This document shows positions 51,261 to 63,748 of a stretch of DNA of 64,000 nucleotides, piece after piece (positions within the stretch are counted from its first letter, which is position 1; every line of letters starts with the position of its first letter). The stretch is from Camelus dromedarius (lineage: Eukaryota), in contig NC_087437.1 in assembly GCF_036321535.1 (NCBI RefSeq), forward strand, positions 110,300,001-110,364,000. The letters run 5' to 3'. The position numbers and the translations under genes are program-made. The notes under the pieces were generated by a model. The model was given only the letters and a program-made list of their open reading frames with translations, did no database searches and was not told the origin of the DNA.

Positions 51261-52544
51261 GGGGATTAGGAGGTGAAAGTGTCGATGTAAGGTGTGTGTG
51301 GAGAGTGAGGGGGGCTGCAAATCTGAGTGTTACCCACAATCTCAGACTTTTACATGCAATCAGAGGTGGGTAGGAAACACTGAGTCAACCTGCTCAGTGA
51401 CATAACGATTTGCTTCAAGTGAGCTCATTTTACTAGGTCTGCAAATTTGTTAGGAAGTCTCCTTAATTTGTTTTTACCCAGGGTTTTCTGTAGTTAATAA
51501 TAAGCCTGGAATAACATTGATTCCTTTTCCTTCACCTCAACTCTCCTGAAAACATATCTCATGTGACTCATAACCTTACAAAGACCAAAATCAGTGTTTT
51601 GTCTTCTAATTAAACTCCATGGCCTTGAAATCACGTGTGTGTGTGTATATATGTTGTGAAGGTTTGTGTATATGATTATTCTTGTTAGACAAGGCAAGGC
51701 TAGTATTATTATTATCATTATCTTCATTTTATAGAAAACAATACTATGCGATGCTGAAATTTTCAAAAATTAAGTGACTTGGCCAGAATCACACAGCTGT
51801 GTAAGGCTGGTGATGTAACTTAGACATTTGACTCCAAATTATATATACATTACATCTGACTTCCAAAAAAGGCAGAATTTAATAAATGAGCTTTCATTAA
51901 AAACAACAAAATGCCAATATTTACATTTTGCAAATTGTCAATCGCCATGCTTCGCTTTTTTATATTAATAGAGCATGTCTTACATTTCATTTGACCTCAG
52001 TAGCCTTGTATAAACCAAGTGCAATTGGATCATTTTAACTATGTTTCTGTGAGTTCTGAGTACCCATTCAAGAACAAAGTACCATTATTACCTGCTTCTC
52101 CAGGCATACAACTCCAGCCTTTGTTCCTTGAGGTCAGAATTGCCTACTATTCTTCCTCCTGAAAGAAGAGGTAGGTAAAGACAGGTTTAAGTCTGTTTGT
52201 AAGTGCTTTAAATCTGGATCCAGACCTGTGTAATAGTATAACATTAATCATGATCACATAAAATTAAGCCATAAAGTAAAAGTCACCTTGAGGCTCAGAT
52301 GTCCATCATCATTGCCTATGCCCATCCTACCCCTAAAAAAAGTCCCCAGTACACATGCAGTCCTCCATAATTCCATGATTCCACCCACATAGCCAAAAGC
52401 TTCCCTGCCATCTCTCCAGACGAGTTCAGAATGCTGATATTTACTTGCACAAGTTTAATTGGATTCTTCGCTAGGTAGTCACCAAACAGAGCAATTCAAT
52501 TTATTCAACATGTACTGAGTGCACGCCAATTTATGAGCTACAGT

Positions 52545-53196
52545 CAGGGCCAGCTGCACGAGTGTGCAGCCACTGCATGTGCACAAGGGCCAGTCCTCAG
52601 AAGGGGCCCTACACTTGGTGTTAAAGTCTCCACAGTCACCAGCTTTAAATTCTTAACACATTTGTCTTTGAATTTGTGGTTTGTAAGTGGAGTCTGCGGG
52701 GATGATGGAACATGTGCTGAGTATATGCAATGTTAGGGGGGAAGGTGTAGCTCAGTGGCAGAGCACATGCTTAGCATGCAAAAGGTCCTGGGTTCAATCC
52801 CCAGTATCTCTATTTTTAAAAAAAGTTTAAAAAAAAACTGAGTATATGCAGTGTTATCTCACATGCATTCCCACCTCTTATCACTTTCCTGCCTCCCCAG
52901 AATAAGTCTTCAATTTCCCACTTCCCAATCCCTGTCCAGTGACCTCTGCTACCTTCTCCCCTGATGGGAACCTGAGCACCGGCATGGGAAGGGTTGGAAT
53001 CCAGTGTGGGTCTAGACTCACTCAACAGGCATCCTCATGCCCAAAAGCACCTGACATTAGATAGCAAGCAAAAAGCACCATGGCATGCCAAAAGAGACCA
53101 CAGAATACTGGAAAAAGACCTTCTTCTTGCCTTTTAAACAAAGGGTATCACAGTTTTCGTTTACACTGGACCCTGCAGATTATGTAGCTGGCCCTC
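52545..53196. mobile_element. MER45-family hAT-Tip100 DNA transposon
   Basis: TIRs cagggccagct...agctggccct; internal ctcagaaggggccc and cactggaccctgcagattatgtag. Confidence 0.75.
52736..52837 (+). mobile_element. tRNA-derived SINE (camelid Vic-1-like) nested in MER45
   Basis: A box tagctcagtgg, B box ggttcaatcc, A-rich tail; 19-nt TSD ctgagtatatgca(a/g)tgtta at 52717-52735 and 52838-52856. Confidence 0.9.
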
Positions 53197-55129
53197 GGCA
53201 CAGTGCCAAGGATTGGGAGGATGTAAGTAGGAAGAGCATGTGTTCTCAGACCTTCAAAATTCCATCAATATTTTAAGAATTAAAATAAAGCAATGAAACA
53301 TTAAAAAAAAATTTCAGAATTAGTACTTGACCCTATAAGTGGTCCAGTGCTCACTCTACCTCACTGCTTCCCTTCACCATCAGACTTCTTCTAAGAGTCA
53401 GCTACACCCAGGGTGTGGCCTTCTTCGTACTCAGTGGTCTCCCAAGTCATTGCAATTTACATTCCGTCCCCGTCAGATGTCTACAGCTACTCTTAATAAG
53501 TCACCAAGTATGGCCTTGTTGCCTGGTTACCGAACAGACCTCAGCATTGTTTAATCTCCCTGGACCATGTAACAACATACACCTCCAACTCCCTATTGAA
53601 TTTTAACTCCTTACCTCATAATCTTTCCGTCAAAACGCACAAGTCCCCCCAAAACACAACTGGTCAAATATCTATATTTGCTGGTGACATCTCTACTGAT
53701 CTTGCCATAAAATATTCTAAAATATATTCCTAAGTTGATCTACAGTAAAGTCTGATTATTCTGTTGTAAATAGGTCTTAATTAATATTTTGATAAAGAAT
53801 GAAACAACCAAGGCCAAACACTCAAATAACAAACTAGCCTTAGGAATTTTACAGGTTGCCTGGAACATTTTGTATAGTAATTTATTACCAAAAATAAATG
53901 TTAAACACTATGTTACTAGGTATGGCATCATGCCATAGTTTAGAGTTCATCAACCTTAAAATAGCTGTTGCCTGCTAGATACTTGTGACCTAGGAACCGA
54001 TTTATGTATAGTATACAGGAAGGGAAATACTATATTAATACTAAATGCTCTCTTTTCCTGTGGCAACTCAGCAAATGCCATCAGTGCTAATTCAAGAAAC
54101 TATGGAGTCATTCTCTCACATGAAGAAAAATTATCCTCTAACAGAAATATCTATGCATGCTTAATAAATTAAACAGTGGCTTTAAAATTTTTAATATTTG
54201 ATCCCAGTAAAAATGATGTGAAAGAGGTAACACAGTTATTTTAATTCCAGCTTTACAGAGAAAATAAAAATGAGACTGAAAAAGAATGGGTTTTCCTCAT
54301 CCTCTCCCAGCTCCCAAGTGGCTACACAGCAGCTTTTAAATCCAGAACCCAATCTGTGTCCTACAAAGTGATTTCCTAGTCTCCTACTGAAGACTTGTCA
54401 TAATAAAGAGATAACTGGTTCCCAAGGATACCCATTCCATTGAGAAAGAGTTCCAAATTACCCCAGATTCTCTCATAATTCAACAATAAATAGTCCCAAT
54501 GTACTTAGGGTCCCTGGTGGAAATACCATTATCTACACTGGGCTCCTCTCAGACTCACTTTGCCTAATGTGGTCTCTCTCTGATCCCAGTTCCCAGATGA
54601 CACGATGGGTCCCACTGACTGCTGCAGATAAGCTGATATGACATCTTCTCGCCAGGCCTTCCAAGATGCCCAGACTCTAAGAATATTTGCAGCAGAAACC
54701 TAGGATTGCTTCTCCTAATCTGGCTTTTCCAGTAAAAGCCAGACCTCTTTCAGTAAGATGACACCTTATTGATTCCTTCTCCCTTCTTTGGCCAACAAGG
54801 TCATTTCCCCAGTCATCTGTATGATTACCTCCCCTCCATCCTTCAGCTATCAATGTGAGTGTCTTGATCTTCTCACTCTCCATCATGTCTGGTTTTGCTG
54901 CCTCTCTTTTTTGATTTTTCTAAAATATCTCATGTGTAACTATAAGACCAATTATGTCATCTGTATCATAAACTGAATCACTGAAAAAAAATAGATAGAT
55001 ATTTCCATCTTGGTTAATTTCACACCACCAGCACGAGGTCGCTGATGTGGAGTTGGGAAGAGAAGCACACGGTCGCCCTCACAAGCTGGTACAGGCTGGC
55101 TTCAGCACAATTCCGCAGGAGAGGCCTCG

Positions 55130-55350
55130 TGTGGCACTTGAAAAACACGGATTCTGGCTTCGAATTCTGGCTCTTCCACTCACTAGCTCTTGAGTCTTGG
55201 GCAATTCACTGAATTTTTCTGTGCCTCAATTCCCTCGTCTATAAAATGAGTATATGAAATGATACTATCTATGTCTTAAAGTTGTTGAGAAAATCCGAGT
55301 AAATATCTTTAAATCACCTAGAATAATACCAGGTCTCTAACAAGTGCTAC
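55130..55350 (+). mobile_element. MIR SINE
   Basis: ttcgaattctggctcttccactcactagct...ctgtgcctcaattccctcgtctataaaatgag core. Confidence 0.8.
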
Positions 55351-56789
55351 TTAAGAGGTTGTATTTTTGATATAAAATGGCATGCGTGATCTCATTATTT
55401 CCCCAATACACCAGAGTGTGAATGCCTTGGAGTTTAGAACTTAATCTTTTACCATTAAATTCACAGCCCCTAGTGAAGTCCAATACATCATACTTCATGA
55501 ATGTTTATAATTCGGAATCTAAAATACAGAGTGGCCCATAAAAGGTGAATTTTTGTCTTTCTTCAAAGCATCTATACACACACACACACACACACACGCT
55601 CACATTTTATCTGCCCCTTACTTTGGATCTCAAAATTAGTCAATGCTGAAAGACATTTCTCCATGATGAGCTGAGGTTTCTAAAACTATCTAATACTATT
55701 TGATCTCACCGTCCATTACAGAAACTTGTAGAAAATCATATTATTTTTCTGTTTCTATATCCAGCATTCTTCTTCTTCTGAAGCCTTTATATTTCAATGC
55801 CGCTCTTTGCTTGTAGAATCTCCAAGTATTGCAGTAAGAAGAGAGTTGAGAGGACAATTAGCTCTGCCTCTCCTCCGGATGCTAAAATTCCATCCACAAC
55901 ATGTCCACAAATTAGCAACTTGAACTGGCTTAAAATCTTCAGACCTAGGGGAGCCAGGCATAGTGCCAATCTACTTTTCAGAAGGGACTAATTTTTAGAG
56001 GAATTTCTTATGTCGAGAAGTCTAACTCCTTGAATTTTCCACTGACTTCTAATAATTATGGCCTCTTGAGTTAGAAAAAGCAAATCAAATGCAGTTATTT
56101 AATACTCTTCAAACATCGAACACCACAGACAGTATTTCCTGCCCTCATTTCTATCATTTTAAATACTATGAAAGCAAGCTTCTTTTTCCTAATGAGGAAT
56201 CACCCATTTTTTCACTTTTAAATGCTAGTATTCAACACATCTGATAATTTAGCACTAAATTATTTCCTTATATTTCCCATATATCATTTTTCTATTTATT
56301 TTTATCTTTATGGAACGAATAATGGTTTGTTTTGCAAGCACACCACTGTGACTAGCTCACAATCCTATTGTACCTCTTCTCTGAGGCACAGAATATCATT
56401 GTCACTGCTGTTCTTTTCTAAAAGTTGTATTTTGTTAGTTTATAGAAAGAAAAGTGGAATCACTCCAGGAGTTCCCTTTTTTATATATAGTAAAGAAAAG
56501 TAGAGTATCAAAGATCAAAAATACTCATCCTAAAAACAAACCCTCAAGTTCTCAGCTATTTGTAGGAAGTCTTTATTATTCAATCATGATTGGTAAACTT
56601 CAACAGCTTTTATCTATTAAAAAGGAGCCATCTTCCCTCCATTCTTCGTGAAGTCAAGCATTTTTCTGCATTTGCTTCTCATATGTCTTCTCTCTCAAGT
56701 CGTTTTATAATGTGAGTATTTGTAATTAATTACATGACTGTCTTAATAAGCAACAGCTCTTTTAAACACAGGCAACATATAAGACGTCA

Positions 56790-57777
56790 TGCCATGGCCA
56801 GTAGAATTCTAAGACAGCCCTTATGATTCCCACCCACTGTCATCCAAGCTTGTTGTAATCCCCTCATCTTGATCATAGGCAGGACCTGTACCATCCTTCT
56901 ATCCAGTAAAATACCATAAAAGTGATTGGACATCATTCCAAGGATTATGTTACCTCCCATGGCAAAAGTGAATGGGAAAATGCCATATGATATCACTTAT
57001 AGGTGGAATCTAAAAAAAAAAAAAAAAAAATAAGGACACAATGAACTACTTATTATTTATAACTTAGATGATTGATTTCTTGAATATGTATAAGCACATT
57101 TGACTGTCCTTTATAATTGGATTACTGCATTCTGTTGATTCTTATTTTGTAGTTGGCTTTATTCCTTTGATAACTATGTAAGTTTAAAAAGCTAAAGTTC
57201 TAATCTGTTCTTGGAAAAAAATGATCAGTATATATATATAAATTTTTTAAAAGGATGTGCAATATATTGTATACATATATTTACATGCAACATAATGCAT
57301 ATGTGCTGTCAAACTGTAATAATTCTACCTAACACAACTGAAAAAGGAAAAATAAGACTGAATGGACTTTGCTGATACAATTAAGGTCTGTAATCAGTTG
57401 GCTTTAAGTTAATCAAAAGGGAGATTATCCTGGATGTTACTGACCACGTCAGGCTAGAACTCAAAAACAGCACATCCCCTCTCTCTCTCCTCCCCCTCCC
57501 CCATTGCTGATTTTAAAGAATCAAATTAAACAAATGAGTTCTATAGGATCAAGGAAATGAATTCTGCCCAAAACCCAAGGAAACAAAGTAACTCCTATTT
57601 CAGTCTCCAGTTAAGAATTCAGCCTGGCCAACAACATGGTTTTAGCCTTGGGAGACCCTGACTGGAGACCCAGTGAGGCTGTTTCCAGGCTCCTGACCTA
57701 CTGGCAGATAATAAATGTATGCTGTTTTCAGCTACTAAGTTTGTGGTAATTTGTGGCACAGTTATAGGCAATGAATC
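56790..57777 (+). mobile_element. MLT1E-like MaLR LTR, interrupted by an insertion at ~56976-57358
   Basis: agaattctaagacagccc...taagttaatcaaaagggagattatcctgg...ataataaatgtatgctgttttcagctactaagtttgtggtaatttgt. Confidence 0.8.
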
Positions 57778-59204
57778 CCGGAGGAGTTGCAAAATTGAAG
57801 ACTATATATATTCTTCACTTTATGTTTTCAGAGAGCATGTTTTGGAAGTTCCTCCTTTACCCTGCATCATCAATGACCATTAATCTCCCTCCTTCTCTTG
57901 ACCATAATGCTTCTTGAAACAGTAACCTGTACTCATTTTGTTCAATTCTTTACTATTCATTCAGTCCCAAGTTAAGCAACCTGCATTCACTCTCACCACT
58001 CTGCTAAAGTATTCAGTATTTTCATGAAGAACACCATAACCTCTTAATCATCAAACCTAAATGAAGTTTTGAAATAATTCCTTTATTATTTTATGTTCAA
58101 TGATGGAAATACAAGCTCTTAATTTTAGTGGCCTTATTACACTTTGCCTGAAGTGCTTAATATAACAATTTATTATCTAAAATTTAATAACAGCATTCTG
58201 TATCAGATGATACTTTGGAGTTCAGTAACTAAGGGATGAACAAATTTTATCTTCACATAACATTCCATTTGGAGATATTTCTATATGTTTAATTATTAAT
58301 AGTTGCAATTCTTCCTTGAAATTTTATTACCATCAAATGATTTTGATGACATTTAGATGATTAACTCTTAGAATGTCATGTCTTAGTCTAAAACCTACAT
58401 TTAATCTTCACAACACTCTTATGAGGCAGGCGTTCTTATTCCCCATAATTTATTTTTTAAAATGCAGCTTATAACAAAAGTAAGTAAATTTTCCAAGACC
58501 ACAAAACAAGTAAATAAGAGAGAGAAGATTATAGCTTCAAAATCAGGAATTTTCATGCTAGTTCCTGGAATTTCAATCATTGTATGTCATTAAGTTTAGG
58601 CTTAAAAATGCCCAATTTTAATGAACTGAAATCATTACTTCTTGTAACAGGAGATTTTAGTGGTGTTCAATGTTTCCTTCAATAATCACCTAGAATGCAG
58701 AGGTTCCCATTAATCAGGGTGTCCCAAATATCACACAACGATAAATATATGATTTTTCCTTATATTCTGATTGCTCTCCATGGCATCTTATTTTAATGCA
58801 TGTAGATACCTATCTAATTTAAATAATTATATATCATGAATCTTCATAAATAAACATGAAAATCTTCCCTATGCCCTTTGTGAATGCCACAATTAATAAT
58901 TACAATTTAAAATGTGGTGTAATTAATTCCAGACATCTAGGAGAAGAGTGAGTGGAGAGGATTCATCTCCAGAAAGTAAACGGTTTCTTAACTTAGGAAT
59001 GCAACTTTCTACACTATTTTTATTTTACTGGAGAAAAGTAAGGTCCCAGAAGCATAACCTGGAAGACAGCTATGAAGAAAACTAAATTATTCCACGTATT
59101 AAAAGAGAGAGAGAGAGAATTTGGAAATGGAGAACAGAGATGACATAGCAAATGATGGTTAATAAGGAGAGAGTTAGCCAGAGTGAAATCCTCTATGAGA
59201 CAGA

Positions 59205-60130
59205 TGGTAGAATATTTATAAAACTTTCATTGCAATTTAACATGTATGCAGAAAAGTACAAGTCTGAAGTGTGCTGCTCAGTAAGTTTTCACAAAGTGAG
59301 CACAACTGGGTAACTACTGTCTATATCAAGAAAAAAACATCAGTTTCTCTGAAGCCACCTCTCTCCTCCTCCTTCCTACCATCCCAGTTCTCCTCCCAAA
59401 AAGGAAAACCAAAAGTATAACCAATACCATGACTTTCAATATCATAAGTGAGTTTTACCTGTTTTTAAACTTTAAATAAACAGAATCTTCCCATCTGTTA
59501 TTTTGAGTCTTTTATATATGACTTCTTTTGTTCATCGTTGTACTTCTACAACTCTTTCCCATTTTACATTTTCAAAGTAATGTGCTCTTTTTCATTTCTT
59601 CACAATATACAACTTTATGAAAGTATCACATTTGATTTATGCATTTTACTGTTGATAAACATTTGAATTGTCTTATGTTTTGACTATTAAAAATAATGCT
59701 ACCAGGAATATTCTTGTGTTATGTCTTTTTATAAACATGTATGCATTTCTTTTGGAAACAGTCTTAGATCAAAGTACTTGATCATAGAATATGTGTAAGC
59801 TTATTTTAAAAGATTCTGTTCAGCAATTTTTCAAAATTATACCAATATATATGCCCTCTGGCAGTAAATAGAAACCCTAATTATCTATATCTTTAATAAC
59901 CCTTGATATCATCTTTTTTTTTTAACACTTTCACCATCCTGGTGGATATATAATAACATCATATTGTAGTTTCAGTTTGCATATCCCTAATAATGAAGAC
60001 AAAGACTTTTAAAATGTTTGCTGGCTGTTTGAATGTCCTCCTTGGTTAAGTGTCCAAGTTTTATTTCCATTTTTCTACTGGGCTGTCTTTTTTTCTGATA
60101 ATTTTATAATTTTTCATATATTTTGGCTAT
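59205..60130 (-). mobile_element. Old L1M 3' fragment abutting a KRTAP pseudogene
   Basis: aaactttcattgcaatttaacat...gttttcacaaagtgagcac...gttgataaacatttgaattg...gtttgcatatccctaataa. Confidence 0.75.
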
Positions 60131-60372
60131 AAGAGAAATAACATCGTCTGAGGCAAAATGGACCATAACCATAGCCAGAACCATATTCACAGCCATACCT
60201 GGATCCACACCCACAACCCATAGCCACAACCATGCCTGGAACCGTATCCACAGTTCAGTACTTTGTAGCTCTTGCATCCATAGCCGTAGCAATAGCCACG
60301 GCCATACCCACAGCCGTAACTAGGTACACAGCCACAGCCTCCACAGAAGCTCCCATAGTAGCAGCAGCCCCT
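60125..60372 (-). pseudogene. KRTAP21-like pseudogene (start codon lost, frameshifted)
   Basis: cctgaaaccAGG sits at the ATG position (60372): (R)GCCYYGSFCGGCGCVPSYGCGYGRGYCYGYGCKSYKVLNCGYGSRHGCGY. Extra base at 60217-60219, then GCGCGSRYGCEYGSGYGYGPFCLRRCYFSYS. No TATA. Confidence 0.8.
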
Positions 60373-63300
60373 GGTTTCAGGGCCAGTGGGTTACAGTAGG
60401 AAGTTCCTAATGTCACTCACACCTAGGACTCAAAATCTGTGAGGAGTGGGTGGGGCTTCTCAGTATGAATCTGTGTCTCATCCCAGTAATTTGCATAAAA
60501 TGAGCTCATTATTTTGGTGACTTCAGATTTGTTATAAAATTTCTGTTTAATTTGCTCTTACTGAAAAAGTGTATCAAGCCAATCACCAACCCTTGAAGGA
60601 AATTAACATCACCCAAGTCCTTGCTGTTAAAACATATTCAATAACCCGGTTTTAAATTATAACAGTGCCTCTCTTTGTTGACCTCTTTCCATAGTACTTC
60701 CAGGAATACTGACGATTAAATTCAACACCTCCCATAGCTGCTTCAAATGTGTAACACATACTCCCACCAGAGTAATGTCTGGCAAAAGCCAACTCATCAT
60801 TTGAGATTCAACACAAACATCACCTTCTCCAGAGGGCCCTCCCTGTTCCCACAATCTGATTCACGTACCCCTTCTTTGAGGTTGCAGCTTTATTCTATCT
60901 CTACCACGACCCCTGCACATTATCCTATAATTTGCTCTTTGATTATCTACTTTCCTTACTGAATTTCATTTGCTTACCTGATATGCCTTTCATTTTGTTT
61001 ATTGGACCTAGCCCAATGTCTGATTCAAGGGAGGCAAGGAGCAAATGGTGGTTTAATAAAGGAAAGAATGAATGAGTGGGAAATGATTAAATTAATGAAA
61101 GACAAAGGATCATTAGATCTAATAATATTTAATATCCTTCTAATTCTAATATTCCACTTTTATTACTTTAATATAGAGAAAAAAACACAAATTTCAACAG
61201 TAATAGTTAACCACAAATATTAGCAATCATATTTGATTATAAAACACTCCCACCCATGTTAGCCCATGTTATTCTCAAAAGAGTCCTGCGAGAAATATTT
61301 TATATTTGTTCTCATCATTTTATAAACAGACTGGTGTTAGAGGTTAAGTTATTTATGAGACCACTCAGCTTTTCAGCATCAGAACTTACCAGGTCTTTCA
61401 AATCTGACTTCCATACTTTTTCCTTAATGTCTCAAAACAAGAGAAAGATAAATAAAAGCATTCATTACTGTTTTTTATATTCACTACATCTTCTAAATAA
61501 CAAACATTCATGATTCTTTCCTTTTACATATCAAATCTTTTTATCTCCTTTTTGATCTTCTTCACTGTAGTTGAACCAGGAATGCTTCTTAAGCAAATCG
61601 CTTTAATAAGCTCTTGGATTTGCTGCAAAACTACCTTCAAACTCAAGGTGCCATGTTCTTATGGTAATTCTATGTTATTCTCTGGTTTTGGAAAGAGGGA
61701 CCCCATTATTTTTATGACAAGGAGTTATAGAATACTAAGAGTTAAGGAGAAAGAACAATTATTTTTCTAATAGTTTTAGTTTTTAATCTTATGTAATAAC
61801 GTGTCATAAATCCACAACCTCCATGTTGAAGACATGCCTTTTATTCAAACTTTCCTCAGCCTGTGTTATTATTGTGGGGGCTGTGATTACCCTTTCCTAT
61901 AATAATCTTCTGAAATGTCAATCCTTCCAGTTCTAGGACTTATTATAAATGTGTTTTTCCGTTGCCATTACCACAAAGTTGATCTTATTACAATAATCTT
62001 TATTTGCATTAATTCTCTTGTTTGCTTTTCTGTGGTTGTCAGACAACTGGTGAACATTTATTAAGCACGTACAATCTGAAATGCATTAATATATTGAATT
62101 TTTAAATGTGTCCCTGTCTTCTAGATTTAAACTTCTTTTTCAGAAACTCCCTTTTAACCCTGCATGTCTCCTGTCTGTGACCCAGTTGTACTTTTTTTTC
62201 ATGTTATTGACCTCTACTTCTTCATGACATTTCAACCTCATCATCCACTGCAACTGTTCTTGGTAAAAAAAAAACCCTAGTAATGACTCATGTTACAATT
62301 GTCAATATCTATTTTATTTGCCCATTTTCTAGCATATTAACCATGCCTTTTTCTTGAAAACTTGCTATCTTCAGTTTCCTGATAATAGGCTTTTTTAGTT
62401 CTAATCCTGCTTCTCTAAAAAAATTCTTATTTTTCATTAGCTCCTCTTAATGTACCTTCTGTTTATTCTTTTATTTAGTAGGGTTGCCATAATTCTGTCT
62501 TCACCACCTATTTCTCATTCTCTGTGTGCTTACCAAGTTACCTCTCCTCTCCCATTGTTTTAACTACCTGTAATTCCACGTACCTAAATCCAGCTTGCTA
62601 AAGAAGAAAATTTCTCATGAATGTCCCCAGATACCATAAAGCCTACAGCTCTTTCTCACCACTGTATTTCTTAGGATCTGAAGTAGTGCCCAAAACTTTG
62701 CTAGATCCAATAGATGATTCTTACATGGATCAAAGAGTAAATATACCTTATTCATCCTTAAATCTTCTCTTCCTCCTATGTTTCTACTCCCCATGATTGG
62801 TACAACCCAATCACTCAAGCCACAGACTTAAGAATTACCCTTAACAATAACATCTCCATCAACCACCAACATCCAGGTAGTCATCAAGCCTTGATTCTAC
62901 CTCCTATGTGTATCTCTGGAATCTGCATCATCCCCTCAGGCCATGCTCTATTCACTATCATCATCATCGTCATCTTTCCTGCATTATTAGTGTGAATTAT
63001 TTGGTCTTTCTGACACCAATTCATTTTACAAACATACCATAACTTTTCTAAGCTGCAAGTCTAACTGAGTGCCTTCACTAATTCGAGTCAATACTCCCCA
63101 TCACCATGAGAGTGAAACACAAATTCTGAATTATAACATGTCATACTAAATATGGCCTTACTTTTGCCAAACTACTCACAGTACAAAGATATGGATCCTA
63201 GACTGCAGGAGGTTATTAATAAGTATCTGTTGTATTTAGTCGGCAAGAAGAATAGCAGGCTTCTCATACTCTCCTGCCTTTTCACATGCTACTTTGACTG

Positions 63301-63699
63301 CCTGGAATATCAGGGCAAACCGAGCCTTTATGTATTTTGTGAAGTTTTTAAGACCTCCTTTTATACTAGGCAGTGTCTAGCACAGTATTACATTAATGGC
63401 TTTACAGATTAGTAGACACATGAATTAAAAAGAGGAATTACTTTTATCTATTGTTTTGGTATTCATTTTGAGCCTTAAATACAAAGTAAAGATGTATATA
63501 TAAGTCTTAATCAAAAGCAACAGCATAGTATGCTGAGCATAACTTTGTGACAATTTTCATTTAATTTTTTAATTTCTTTTCTTGTAAAGTCTATGAATAG
63601 CTTGGGCACACTGATTTTGTTTGTTCATTTACCTTACATTCTCCCATTGCCTATCATGCACAGAAACTAGCCTATATATAGGCTTAATTATTTCTCACA

Positions 63700-63748
63700 T
63701 GGATCGGAATGAAATGAGACAGAATGGGATAGAATGGAATGGAATTGG
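63700..63748. repeat. Degenerate (GGAAT)n simple repeat
   Basis: ggaatgaaatg...agaatggaatggaattgg. Confidence 0.55.

Noticed and set aside
52736..52812. tRNA-like sequence
   Set aside because: A-rich tail, TSD and a poor acceptor stem indicate a SINE, not a tRNA gene
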